64,000 nucleotides of DNA from Vicinamibacteria bacterium (lineage in GTDB: Bacteria; Acidobacteriota; Vicinamibacteria; Marinacidobacterales; Marinacidobacteraceae). Shown here piece after piece: positions 30,208-39,402 of the stretch; positions within the stretch are counted from its first letter, which is position 1, and each line of letters opens with the position of its first letter. Under the pieces are notes generated by a model, which worked only from the letters and a program-made list of their open reading frames with translations, searched no databases and had not been told where the DNA came from. Made by a program: the position numbers and the translations under genes. The stretch is from assembly GCA_964291235.2 (NCBI GenBank), contig OZ219816.1, positions 512,001 to 576,000 of the forward strand, given 5' to 3'.

Positions 30208-31484
30208 GGGAGGCTCCTGCGGTTGGACGGGAAGAGGGCGTCGCTGGTGAACCAGATCCGGAGCCGGTGGCCGGCCCGGATCGTCACGGTGGGGAGGCGG
30301 TTGAGGAAGCGGCGCATGACCTGGAGTCCGCTTTCGGACGTGCCCTGGGCGACGCCGCTGCGGTAGCCGGCGAGTCCGCCGGCGTAGGGGTTGCCGCCGA
30401 GGGCGGCGAAGCCGCTCATGAGGCCGACGGCGCCGGCGGCGAGGAAGGTCGAGAAGTAGTGCCGGTCGACCTGGTCCTTGAGGGCGCCCTCGCCGAGCTG
30501 GTTGAGTCCCTGGAACTGCAGGGCCACGTGCGTTCCGTCGGGCAGGATGACGCGGTGGAAGCCGACGGCGAGCCGCTCCTGGTCCTGCCCGCGGACGGGC
30601 TGCGCGGTGCCGATGAAGCGGCTGCCGCGGGGGATCAGGATGCGCTGCCGGTCCGTGCTGTAGAAGGGCACGGCGACGGTGGCGAGGACGGGCGAGGGGA
30701 AGTCCCCGCTGAGCTGGGTGACGAGCACGGCCTCGACGAGGGAGCCCTCGTAGATGCGTTCCCAGCCGGGCGGGTCGCGGGGGAGGGAGAAGCGGGGAGG
30801 GTTGTCGTAGTCGGGGAGGTTGTTGGAATCGGGCAGCGGGACATCGAGGGTCCCTGGAGCGGGTGTGTATCCCGATGGATCGGCGCGCGGGAGGGCCTCC
30901 GGCCCGGGGAGGGCGCCGCCCATCGCGTCTGTGGGCGCCGAAGGCGCGGCGGGCGCCGGCGTGTGGAGGCCGGGGACGGCTCCGGAGTCATCCGGGGGCG
31001 CGGCGTCCGCGCCGCGGTGGCTCTGCGCGACCGGCGAGGTCCGGAGCGACCGCAGTTGGCGCTCCATCTCTTCGAGGCGGATCGCCTGCCGCAGTTGGTG
31101 TTCCTCGGGGGTGAGCGCCTCCCCGGTGTCGGGGTCCACCGGAGGCGGACGGCCGGGGTCCGGATCTCCGGAGGCCGCCATTCCGGCGGCCTGCAGGCGG
31201 AGCTGCTGGTCGGCTTCGCGCTGCTCGGCCTGGGCGCGGAGGCGCGCCTGCAGTTCCTGTTCGCGGATCCGCCGCGGCAGCGCGTCGCCGGCGGCGGGGT
31301 TGATGATTGGCTCGTCCGCGCCGGCGGCGCTGTCAGCGTCCTGCTCCGGGTCGTCGGAGCTCAGGGAGACGCTGAGGATGAGGGCGAGGAGGAGGACGGT
31401 GATGAGGAGCACGCCGACCTTCCCGACGATGTTGGCGGGGAGCGCCCCGGCGGGCTTGGACACGAGCCGTTTCCAGGTGGACAT
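30204..31484 (-). CDS. virB10: VirB10/TrbI-like protein
   Basis: TM, Pro-rich linker, EGSLVEAVLVTQLSGD, ILIPRGSRFIG, DQVDRHY, PTVTIRAGHRLRI. Confidence 0.9.
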   Translation of the reverse strand: MSTWKRLVSKPAGALPANIVGKVGVLLITVLLLALILSVSLSSDDPEQDADSAAGADEPIINPAAGDALPRRIREQELQARLRAQAEQREADQQLRLQAAGMAASGDPDPGRPPPVDPDTGEALTPEEHQLRQAIRLEEMERQLRSLRTSPVAQSHRGADAAPPDDSGAVPGLHTPAPAAPSAPTDAMGGALPGPEALPRADPSGYTPAPGTLDVPLPDSNNLPDYDNPPRFSLPRDPPGWERIYEGSLVEAVLVTQLSGDFPSPVLATVAVPFYSTDRQRILIPRGSRFIGTAQPVRGQDQERLAVGFHRVILPDGTHVALQFQGLNQLGEGALKDQVDRHYFSTFLAAGAVGLMSGFAALGGNPYAGGLAGYRSGVAQGTSESGLQVMRRFLNRLPTVTIRAGHRLRIWFTSDALFPSNRRSLP

Positions 31485-31492
31485 GAGGGTTG

Positions 31493-31795
31493 TCAGCCCG
31501 GCAGGGGCGCGAAGAGAGCCTCGGGAGAAGCCCGGAGCACCGGCTGCTCGGGGAAATGGCCCGGGAACGGCCCGAAAACGGCCTCTCTCGCCGTTTTCGG
31601 GGTCCGCGCGGGCCGGACATCGTCCGGACGGCCGCGCCGTCCTGAGGCGCGGTTTGGGGCTGACGACGCGGCGGCGCGCGCGGCGCGCGCGAGAATCGGG
31701 TCCGAAGGCTGGCGTTCTCCGGGCGGTCCGGCGGACCGGCCGTCTCCGCGAGGGGGCATCCCCGAGCGGCGGGGGGAGCGGAACGCGATGTTCAC
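31493..31795 (-). CDS. Possible small low-complexity ORF between virB9 and virB10
   Basis: The GTG start overlaps the virB9 TGA and the ORF ends 8 bp before virB10. No motif; may be non-coding. Confidence 0.25.
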   Translation of the reverse strand: MNIAFRSPRRSGMPPRGDGRSAGPPGERQPSDPILARAARAAASSAPNRASGRRGRPDDVRPARTPKTAREAVFGPFPGHFPEQPVLRASPEALFAPLPG

Positions 31796-32682
31796 GGCAG
31801 CGGGTCCGGGGGCGTGAAGCGCCAGCGGGCGCGTTCGTCGCCTAGCTGGAGCCAGCCTTCGCCGATGATGCGCCGGACGACGTAGAGGCCGGTCTCGGTG
31901 AGGTCGTAGGGCACCAGCGAGGGCTCGCCGTCCTTGCGCTCGTAGAGCGCGGCGGACTCCGGGGCGCGGCTCCGGAGGTAGGTGAACTGGCCGTCGTGCC
32001 ACATCGCCTCGACCAGGAAGGGCCACTCGCGGGCCTTCCGGTCGAGGGTGTAGGGGAACTCGATCCGGAGCGGGTAGGCCGCCCGGTAGGCGTCGATCTC
32101 CTCGGCGGCGGCCTCCCGGGCCGCGTGCACCTGCTCGTCGGCCGCGGTCCGGATGGCCTGGAGTTCGGCGCGGGCCTGGGTGGCCATGGCCTGGTAGGAC
32201 TGGACCCGGGAGCGGGCGACGAAGGCCGGCTGGTGCGCGCCGCGCGCGCTCGGGGCCGGCAGGCCCGTGGAGTCGTCGATGGGCGCGGAGCTGTCGAAAC
32301 GGACCACGAGATGGGGCTCCTCGGCGCCGGACTCGGCGACGAGGAACGAGTAGATCCGGCCGGACTCGCAGACAAGGGCGATGTTCGTCGCGGCGTCGTC
32401 GGCGATGGGCTTCAGGAACGCGACGTTGGCGCTGCCGGACAGGTGCCAGTACTCGGCGTCGCCCACCACGAAGTCGAGGATGGTCTCGTGCGCCGGGAGG
32501 GTGATGACGGTGGTGTGGCGGACGCGCGTCCGGAGCTGCCAGACGGTGTCCTCGGGCGTGTCGTCGAGCCGGAGGATGTGCCCGTCCTGGGGCGCGGCGA
32601 GTGGCGCGAGCCCCTGGCAGAGCAGGAAGACGAGCAGGAAGAGGAGAAGGCGGGGCGGGACCTGGGGGAAGCCGGGGATCAT
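31792..32682 (-). CDS. virB9: VirB9/TrbG-like protein
   Basis: Signal peptide, TTVITLP..ETILDFVVGD..W, AFLKP, TNIAL..SGRIYSF, MWHDGQFTYL, PSLVPY. Confidence 0.85.
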   Translation of the reverse strand: MIPGFPQVPPRLLLFLLVFLLCQGLAPLAAPQDGHILRLDDTPEDTVWQLRTRVRHTTVITLPAHETILDFVVGDAEYWHLSGSANVAFLKPIADDAATNIALVCESGRIYSFLVAESGAEEPHLVVRFDSSAPIDDSTGLPAPSARGAHQPAFVARSRVQSYQAMATQARAELQAIRTAADEQVHAAREAAAEEIDAYRAAYPLRIEFPYTLDRKAREWPFLVEAMWHDGQFTYLRSRAPESAALYERKDGEPSLVPYDLTETGLYVVRRIIGEGWLQLGDERARWRFTPPDPLP

Positions 32683-35114
32683 GCGGGGCGCTCCATCTGG
32701 CGGGCGAGGGCGGCGAGGCCGCCGGTGAGGCCGTGCGCCGCGACCGCTTCGGCGCGCCGCTCGGCGTCGGTGGGGGAGGACGTGTAGAGCCAGTAGCTCT
32801 CGGGGTCCACGTGGAGCCGGAGCACGCCGGCGGCCTGCGAGCGCCGCAGGTAGAGCTCCTGCTTGGGGACGAGCTGGCGGATGGTGGCCATCTCCGTCTC
32901 GTTGAGGCGGAAGATCTCGCCGACCTGGTCGGGCAGGTCGGGGTTGGCCAGGAACAGTTTCGTCGGCATGGACTCGAGGAGCCCCTTGGCCGCCGGGGTG
33001 GCGGTCACGTCGATCGCCGACTGGGTGGCGAGGACGAGGGCGGCGTTGCGCTTGCGCCAGGTCTTCGCGGCCTCCGCGAGGTAGGCGAGGATGGCGGGGT
33101 CCTTGAGGTACCGCCAGGCCTCGTCGACGACCATCAGCTTGACGCGGGCGGCCTCGGCCGGGTTGTCGAGGGCGAGGCGCATGCGCTCGAGGAGGTAGAA
33201 GAGCGCGGCCTCGCAGAGATCCTCGTGCTCGGCGGCGCCCGCGAGGTCGATGACCTGCCAGTCCTGGAGCTGGAGTTCGTCGGCGCCGGGGTTGTCGAAA
33301 TAGGCGGCCCAGGCCCCGTTGCCGTGCCAGCGGCTCATCGCGGGCCACATCGCTTTCGGAAGCGAGGAGACGAAGGCGGAGAGCGAGCGCTGGGACTCCG
33401 GGAAGGCGTAGAGGTCCTCGACGCGGCTCCGGAGCTCCGACGGATCCCGTCCGCTGAGCTGGTAGCCGCCGATCTTGAGCAGGCGGGTGATCCAGCCGGT
33501 GAGGAACTGGAAGGTGCGCTCACCGGGCGGCAGGGAGAAGGGCTTGAGGGCGAGCGCGCCGTCGGCGCGCTCGGGCGCGAGCTGCAGGTAGCCGCCGCCC
33601 AGGAACTGGGTGAGCCACCGGTAGCTGCCGCCGAGGTCCAGGATGAGGACCCGCGGCTGGTACTGGAGGGCCTGGACGAGCAGGAAGTTGAGCGTGAAGC
33701 TCTTGCCCGCGCCGGTGGCCCCGAGGATGAGCGTGTGGCCGACGTCGGCCCCCGCGAAGAGGTCGTAGTGGTACGAGGTCTTCCAGGGCGTCTCGAAGGT
33801 GGCGAGCGCCGGCCGGGAGAGGTGCTTGCTGGTCCGGTGGCCGCGCGGAGGCCCGAAGAGCGGGGCGAGGCAGGCCGCGACGCCGGCGCTCGCGAAGACG
33901 GAGCGGATCTGGCGCTTCCGCGGCATCGCGGGCATGCGGGCGAACCAGCTGGCGAGCTGCCCGTAGCCCTCGCGGATGAGCTTCGCGTCGCACCCGGCGA
34001 AGATCCGGCGCAGTTCGGCGTCCAGCCGCTCGGTCTCCGCCAGCGGGCCGTGCAGCGCGACGGTCAGCGACACGTCGCCGTAGCCGACGCCGTCGGCCTC
34101 CAGTTCGACCAGGGCGCCCCCGAGACGGTCCGCCTCGGCGTCGGCGGCCGCATCGACCATGGCGGAGGCCGTGCCTTCGGTGTCCTGCATGTGCGCCGAC
34201 ATCGAGTAGCGCTTCGAGAAGTAGTGGCGCTGCGCGCTCCGGATCTTCCGCCGGGCGGCCTCGAGGGCGTAGGGACGCCACTCGAGCGAGAGCGTGAACC
34301 GCGCCTCCATGCGGGCGAGTTCGTAGAGGAGGTTGGCGCGGGCGGTCGCCGGCGGCGAGAGCAGCGAGTAGAGGATGACGGGCTCGCCGTCCAGCCGGAG
34401 GTGCCGGCGCTCGGCCTCGAGTTCGGAGAGCGGCAGCCGCCAGTTCAGGGCGCTGGGGGCGGCGTTGCCCTGCCACTCCAGGCCGGGGCGGTTGACGAGT
34501 TCGCTGAGGAAGGGGGTGGCCTCCGCCGCCGGCAGCAGCCGGAGCGGCGTGACCTCGTTGGTGAGCGCGGCCGAGGCCTCGACGAGCTGGCGGAAGCGGG
34601 TGGCGGCCTGGCGCACCTCGGCGAGCAGGTAGACGGACTCGTGGGGGTTGCGGCGGGCGCGGAGCCAGTTGCGCGCCGACTCGACGAGCCAGTGGCCGCC
34701 CCGGGGGCCGGTGCGGCCCGCCGGCTCGAGCCGGGGGTTGTGGCTCCAGACGACGAACGTCCGGAGGTCGTGGATCCGGGAGAGGAGGAAGTCGCGCCGG
34801 TTGCTCTGGGACAGGGCGGCGACGCCGTCAAGGCCGTTGACCTCCGGCAGGACGCCGGGCCGCCGGAGCAGGTAGAAGTAGAGGCGGGTATCGGTATCGA
34901 GGGAGGAGAGCAGGCGCTGCCAGCGGTTGAGGATCCGGTCGAGCTGCTCGGGGGTGCGGCCGTCCAGGACGGCGGGCTCCAGTTCGGCGGCCGCCAGGAG
35001 CTCGCCGGCGCGGGTGATGCAGAAGGGGTGCTCCTTCAGCCAGCCCCAGTAGGGCAGCTCGTCGGCGAGCGCGCCCGCCGCGGCGAAGTCCTGCTGCTCG
35101 GCCTTGAGGTTCAT
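32679..35114 (-). CDS. virB4: VirB4/TrbE-like ATPase
   Basis: GHTLILGATGAGKSF, VVDEAWRYL, KTWRKRNAALVLATQS. 811 aa from ATG 35114. Confidence 0.95.
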   Translation of the reverse strand: MNLKAEQQDFAAAGALADELPYWGWLKEHPFCITRAGELLAAAELEPAVLDGRTPEQLDRILNRWQRLLSSLDTDTRLYFYLLRRPGVLPEVNGLDGVAALSQSNRRDFLLSRIHDLRTFVVWSHNPRLEPAGRTGPRGGHWLVESARNWLRARRNPHESVYLLAEVRQAATRFRQLVEASAALTNEVTPLRLLPAAEATPFLSELVNRPGLEWQGNAAPSALNWRLPLSELEAERRHLRLDGEPVILYSLLSPPATARANLLYELARMEARFTLSLEWRPYALEAARRKIRSAQRHYFSKRYSMSAHMQDTEGTASAMVDAAADAEADRLGGALVELEADGVGYGDVSLTVALHGPLAETERLDAELRRIFAGCDAKLIREGYGQLASWFARMPAMPRKRQIRSVFASAGVAACLAPLFGPPRGHRTSKHLSRPALATFETPWKTSYHYDLFAGADVGHTLILGATGAGKSFTLNFLLVQALQYQPRVLILDLGGSYRWLTQFLGGGYLQLAPERADGALALKPFSLPPGERTFQFLTGWITRLLKIGGYQLSGRDPSELRSRVEDLYAFPESQRSLSAFVSSLPKAMWPAMSRWHGNGAWAAYFDNPGADELQLQDWQVIDLAGAAEHEDLCEAALFYLLERMRLALDNPAEAARVKLMVVDEAWRYLKDPAILAYLAEAAKTWRKRNAALVLATQSAIDVTATPAAKGLLESMPTKLFLANPDLPDQVGEIFRLNETEMATIRQLVPKQELYLRRSQAAGVLRLHVDPESYWLYTSSPTDAERRAEAVAAHGLTGGLAALARQMERPA

Positions 35115-35404
35115 TACTCGAGGAGGTCGAGGTGCCAACGGGCCGGCTTGCCGGCGTCGTAGCGGGTGTGCGTCTCGGCGCTCGCCTTGACGATGGAGAG
35201 CATGTTGGGGTCCTCGCGCCAGGCGAGCAGACCGAGGCCGTAGAGGACGAGGAAGATCACGCCGCCGGTGAGGAGCGAGTTGATGGCGTTCCACATCGCC
35301 ATGCCCAGGGTGCCGGCGAGCAGGAACCACCGCCTCTCGACGCCCATGATGGTGAGCGGCCGGCTCAGGGCGGGGTGGCCGTGCCAGGCGCGCCTGCCGG
35401 TCAC
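35114..35404 (-). CDS. virB3: VirB3/TrbD-like protein
   Basis: ALSRPLTIMGVERR, two TMs, DP motif. Its stop overlaps the virB4 start. Confidence 0.85.
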   Translation of the reverse strand: MTGRRAWHGHPALSRPLTIMGVERRWFLLAGTLGMAMWNAINSLLTGGVIFLVLYGLGLLAWREDPNMLSIVKASAETHTRYDAGKPARWHLDLLE

Positions 35405-35490
35405 GGCTCAGCGCCGACCGTATGCACGGTCAATACCGGATGTCGTCATACGATGCATACGAGCACTAGTCCCTGTTGGCGGTGGGCGCT

Positions 35491-35787
35491 CTAGGTGAAC
35501 CAGTCCAGGAAGTTGCCCGCGGCCATCGTCATGCCGAGGCCGAAGATGATCCCGGCGATCGCCTTCTTGGAGCCGCCCTCCCCGAAGGCGAACATCAGCC
35601 CGCCGATCACGATCGCGATGAGCGACAGGCCGCGCGCGATCGGGCCGGTGAAGGCGGTCTGGATGACGTTGACCGCGTTTTCCCAGGGGCTGGTGCCCGC
35701 CTTCCCGGCAAACGCCGTGCCCGGGACGAGCATGGCGGCAGCCGCCAGGGTCAGGAAAACGAAGAGACGTGAGGGGATGCGCTTCAT
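35491..35787 (-). CDS. virB2: VirB2/TrbC-like pilin
   Basis: Signal peptide, SPWE....TGPIA..LSLIAIVIGGLMFAFGEGG. GGAGG RBS. Confidence 0.9.
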   Translation of the reverse strand: MKRIPSRLFVFLTLAAAAMLVPGTAFAGKAGTSPWENAVNVIQTAFTGPIARGLSLIAIVIGGLMFAFGEGGSKKAIAGIIFGLGMTMAAGNFLDWFT

Positions 35788-35809
35788 GGCAGGGACCTCC
35801 TGGTCTGGA

Positions 35810-36127
35810 CTATTCGGTGAAGTCGCCCTGCTCCTGTTCGGCAAGGCGGCGGGAAAGCTCGGGATCGCCGTCGCCGCGGCGCACCGAGCGCTCCGCGAGG
35901 TCGACCTTCCGGCCGATGTCGTAGAGGCCCAGGCTCCGCAGGATCCCCGCGGCGGCGACGACGGCGGCGAGGAACGCGCTCCCCGCGTAGGCGGTGACCG
36001 GCCACCAGTACTCGGTGACGATGACCCGCCGGTAGGGGGCCAGATAATCAAAGTGCGACGCCGCGAAGAAGACGACGGCGGCCGTGAGGGCGACGCCGAC
36101 GCCGAGGCTGATCTTCCAGGGATGCAC
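35810..36127 (-). CDS. Hypothetical two-TM protein
   Basis: Two hydrophobic helices, charged C-terminus, in the operon. Confidence 0.6.
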   Translation of the reverse strand: MHPWKISLGVGVALTAAVVFFAASHFDYLAPYRRVIVTEYWWPVTAYAGSAFLAAVVAAAGILRSLGLYDIGRKVDLAERSVRRGDGDPELSRRLAEQEQGDFTE

Positions 36128-36128
36128 G

Positions 36129-37031
36129 TCAGATCTCCATGAGTTCCGGCGGCCGCGGGTCGCGCCCGCTGCCCCCCCGCTGTGGTCTTGCCGCCTCCCG
36201 GAACGCCTTCGCGACCTTCGCGATCATCCGCCCGGCCTTGCCGTTCGCGCCGTGGAGCGCGAACCCGGCGGCGGCCTTGGCCGCGACCGCGCCCGCGTTG
36301 TAGTGCTAGGTGGTGACCTCGATGTTCACCCGCCCGAACGTGTCGCGGCCGCCGGCATCGGCGGCGGCGTATTCGAGCTGCGCGTCCGGGAAGGACACCG
36401 CCCCCTCCGGAGTGTGGGGGAGTCCGAGTTCGGCGGCCGCGCGACGCCGTTCCTGGTCCGCGGCCTCGCGCCCCGCCCGGGCGCGGGCCCGTTCGCTCCG
36501 CCGCACCACGGCGCTCCGCAGCTCGGCGTCGAGCCGGACGCGGACCGCCGTGACGCCCTTCGCGGCGAGTTCCTCCCGGGCGGCCAGGACCGCGCGGTAG
36601 ACGGCGACGTCGTGCGCGAGGTTCTTGCGGCGTTCGATCCCGCTCCAGAAGCGCTGGTCCTCGGCGTAGCCGCGGTCGGCCGCGGCGTCCCCGGCCTCCC
36701 TCGCGCCTTTCGGGGTGGCGGCCAACACGGTGAAGGAGCCACCGTTGGGGCCGTCGGCCTGGTGCTCCGTCACGAGGCCCTCGCGCTTGAGCCGGTTGAT
36801 GCCGGCGCGCGCGGCGAAGGGGTGGCCGTCGAAGTGCACGTCCGCGATGTCCCGGTAGGCCACGGCGCGGTGCGCGCTGATGTCCGCGAGCGCGCCTTTC
36901 TCGCGCCGGACGCGGCCGCGGGACCCGCCCTCCCGGGTCCCCTGTTCCCGGCGGTGGCCCGAGCGCCGCAGTTCGCGGTCGCGGAGGACTTCCGGCCGGT
37001 CGGGGCGGCGGGGTTCGGGACGACGGCTCAT
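36129..37031 (-). pseudogene. Replication-relaxation (Replic_Relax)-like protein with an in-frame TAG at 36306-36308
   Basis: wHTH-like N-part (INRLKREGLV), LAHDVAV, FPDA....NIEV (PD-(D/E)xK-like). The frame continues past the TAG as HYNAGAVAAKAAAGF... to TGA 36129, 1 bp before the next start. Confidence 0.6.
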
Positions 37032-37040
37032 CGACGGGGA

Positions 37041-38036
37041 TCAGCGCCCGGGCGTCATCGCCGGCGCCTGGCGCTGGGCCACGGGGGGCGGAGGAGTCTG
37101 GGGAGCACGCTCGGGCGTCGCCCCATCGCGCGCGGCGCGCGCCTCGCGGGCGATGTCCCGTAGCTCGCCGCGGGCTGGCTTGATGAGGTTCCGCGCGATG
37201 CGGTGCCCCTCGGAGGCCGCCCGGTGCATCTCCCGCGGGTCCTCCCTAAGCGCCTTGAGCCAGGCCTGTTTGTGTTCGTCGCCGTGGTCGGGTTGATAAC
37301 CGATCCCCAGGCGGTCGCCAGCGGTCATGGTGGCGATCTCGACGCGGAGTTTTTCGCGGATGTGCCCGTCGCCGTCGAGACCCTCGCTGTGGGTCTGCTT
37401 GAAGGTCTCGCGGGCCATCCGGCTCTCATGTCCGGAGGCGTGCGCCATGTTCCGGAGCGCGGTGCTGTAGTAGTGCTCCGGGCTCCGGAACTGCTTCCGC
37501 TCGGGCAGGACCACCTGGTCGTGGTCCTTGCTGTAGTAGTTCTGGTCGCCGGGGGAGTGCTTGATCTCGACGGCGGAGGCGGCGATCACGGCGTCGGCGC
37601 CGCGGTGCGCCTGCCAGTCCGGACGCCGCGGCCGCCGGTCGAGCTTCAGGCCGCGCACCTGCTCCACGTTGTAGACGATGGAGGTGCGCCAGAGCGGCTT
37701 CTGCCCGTTGCGGTCGTCGCGGAAGAGGATCCGTTCGCCCGGGCCCTTCGGCGGCTGGCCGCCCGCCTTCTTGATCTGGGCGTTCGTGATCCAGCGGTTG
37801 TCGGTGAACCCGCGGTCCTGGCCGCGGCTGGCCAGGTAGAGCGCGTTGCCGCCGGTATAGGCGCGGCCGGTGACGGCGTTCCGGGGCAGGACGGGCTCAC
37901 CGGCCTTCGCTGCGCGCTGCCAGGGCGCGGTGCCGGCCTCCATCTGCCGGATGGCGGTCTCGGCGAACTTCCCGTAGTAGCGGCTGGGCGAGTCGATCGC
38001 GGGCTTCGGGGAGGGAGAGGTTTTGGCTTCAGCCAT
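37041..38036 (-). CDS. ardC: ArdC-like protein, copy lacking the HExxH motif
   Basis: GTAPWQR, RAYTGGNAL, DNRWIT, VYNVEQ, YYSTALRNMAHASGH..RM.R. Confidence 0.85.
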   Translation of the reverse strand: MAEAKTSPSPKPAIDSPSRYYGKFAETAIRQMEAGTAPWQRAAKAGEPVLPRNAVTGRAYTGGNALYLASRGQDRGFTDNRWITNAQIKKAGGQPPKGPGERILFRDDRNGQKPLWRTSIVYNVEQVRGLKLDRRPRRPDWQAHRGADAVIAASAVEIKHSPGDQNYYSKDHDQVVLPERKQFRSPEHYYSTALRNMAHASGHESRMARETFKQTHSEGLDGDGHIREKLRVEIATMTAGDRLGIGYQPDHGDEHKQAWLKALREDPREMHRAASEGHRIARNLIKPARGELRDIAREARAARDGATPERAPQTPPPPVAQRQAPAMTPGR

Positions 38037-38081
38037 GTTGGTTGCTCCTGGTTTGGGGATTCGGGGTTCGGTGTTGACTCT

Positions 38082-39155
38082 TCATCGTCCGGGCGTCAGG
38101 GCCGGCTGCTGGCGCGCGGGCGTGGGAGGCGTGATGCCCGGCACGCGCATCTCAGTTGCATCCGGAGGAGTCGGACCGTCGCGCCCGATCTGCTGGATGC
38201 GCTCCCTGGCGGGCTCCAGCAGATAACGGGAGATGCGTTCCGCTTCGGCAGCCGCGCGGTAGATCTCGCGAGGTTCGTCGGAAAGAGCCTTGATCCAGCT
38301 CTTGACGTACGCGGCGCTGTTGCCGTGCCCGTCACGGGGGAGGTGGCCAACGCCGATCCGCGCACCGGTCATCATGGCGCTGATCTCGGCGCGGAGTTCC
38401 TCGCGGGCGTAGGCGGGGCTGCCGAAACCGGCCTTGACGCCCTTGTGGAACGTCTGGCGGTCCAGCCGGCTTGCGTGGCCGGACGCGTGCGACAGCTCGT
38501 GGAGGGCGGTGGCGTAGTACTGCTCGGCACTCGGGAACTGGGCGCGCTCCGGAAGCACGATCTGGTCGGGCTTCGGGGCGTAGTAGGCGCGGTCGCCGGG
38601 CGAGTGCTTGATCGGGACGCTCGCGGCGTCGATTACGGCTTCGGCGGACTTGTGGGCCTGCCAGTCGGCCCCCGGGGCGTCGCGCGCCGGCAGGTCGAGG
38701 CCGCGCGCCTGCTCCACGTTGAACACCGTGTAGGTGCGGACGAACGCGCGGCCCTTGTCGTGGCGCTCGTAGACGGGCCGGCCGTCGCCATCGAGGACCT
38801 GGCGGCCTTGGCCGTCCTTCTTCGGCGAGATCTTCTTGGTGTCGAAGTACAGGATCTTTTCGCCGTGCTCGCCCTTCCTGACGTGGCCGCCGGCCTGGGC
38901 GATCTGGCGGAAGGTGGCCCACCGGTTGTCGGTGAACCCGCGCTCCTGCCCGGCGAGTGCGAGATATAGCGCGTTGCCGCCCGTGTACGGCTTGCCGCTG
39001 AAAGCGTTTTCGGGCATGAAACGCTCGCCGGGCTTCCACGGCTTCTGCCACGGGGCGGTTCCGGCCTCGATCTGCCGGACGATCGAGTCGGCGAACTGGC
39101 GGTGGTACTCGCCTACGCGGTCCTTGCTGGGAGCCTCGGTGCTGCCTAGGGCCAT
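38082..39155 (-). CDS. ardC: ArdC antirestriction protein (ssDNA-binding + zincin-like domain)
   Basis: GTAPWQKPW, YTGGN, RWATFRQ..GGHVRKGE, VFNVEQ, YYATALHELSHASGH, YAREELRAEI. Confidence 0.9.
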   Translation of the reverse strand: MALGSTEAPSKDRVGEYHRQFADSIVRQIEAGTAPWQKPWKPGERFMPENAFSGKPYTGGNALYLALAGQERGFTDNRWATFRQIAQAGGHVRKGEHGEKILYFDTKKISPKKDGQGRQVLDGDGRPVYERHDKGRAFVRTYTVFNVEQARGLDLPARDAPGADWQAHKSAEAVIDAASVPIKHSPGDRAYYAPKPDQIVLPERAQFPSAEQYYATALHELSHASGHASRLDRQTFHKGVKAGFGSPAYAREELRAEISAMMTGARIGVGHLPRDGHGNSAAYVKSWIKALSDEPREIYRAAAEAERISRYLLEPARERIQQIGRDGPTPPDATEMRVPGITPPTPARQQPALTPGR

Positions 39156-39172
39156 GTGGGTCTCTCCGCCCG

Positions 39173-39388
39173 TCAGGCACCGCCGCCGGGGGCGTGGTGA
39201 CCCGGTTCGGCGGCGAAGTCGTCGTTGGATGCCTGGCCGTCCTGATGCGCGGGATAGCCGAACGCCGCCGCGATCTCTTCGGGCGCGACAATGGGAAGGC
39301 TGCCGTCGAGGGAGCGCGCGAACTCCTCTTCGGTTTCGACGGAGAGGGCGCGTTCGCCGCCTTCGAGCGTGATTTCAGTGATGGCCAT
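39173..39388 (-). CDS. Small acidic hypothetical protein
   Basis: ATG 39388 with GGAGGA RBS. 71 aa, Asp/Glu-rich. Confidence 0.5.
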   Translation of the reverse strand: MAITEITLEGGERALSVETEEEFARSLDGSLPIVAPEEIAAAFGYPAHQDGQASNDDFAAEPGHHAPGGGA

Positions 39389-39402
39389 GGGTGGTCCTCC
39401 GG

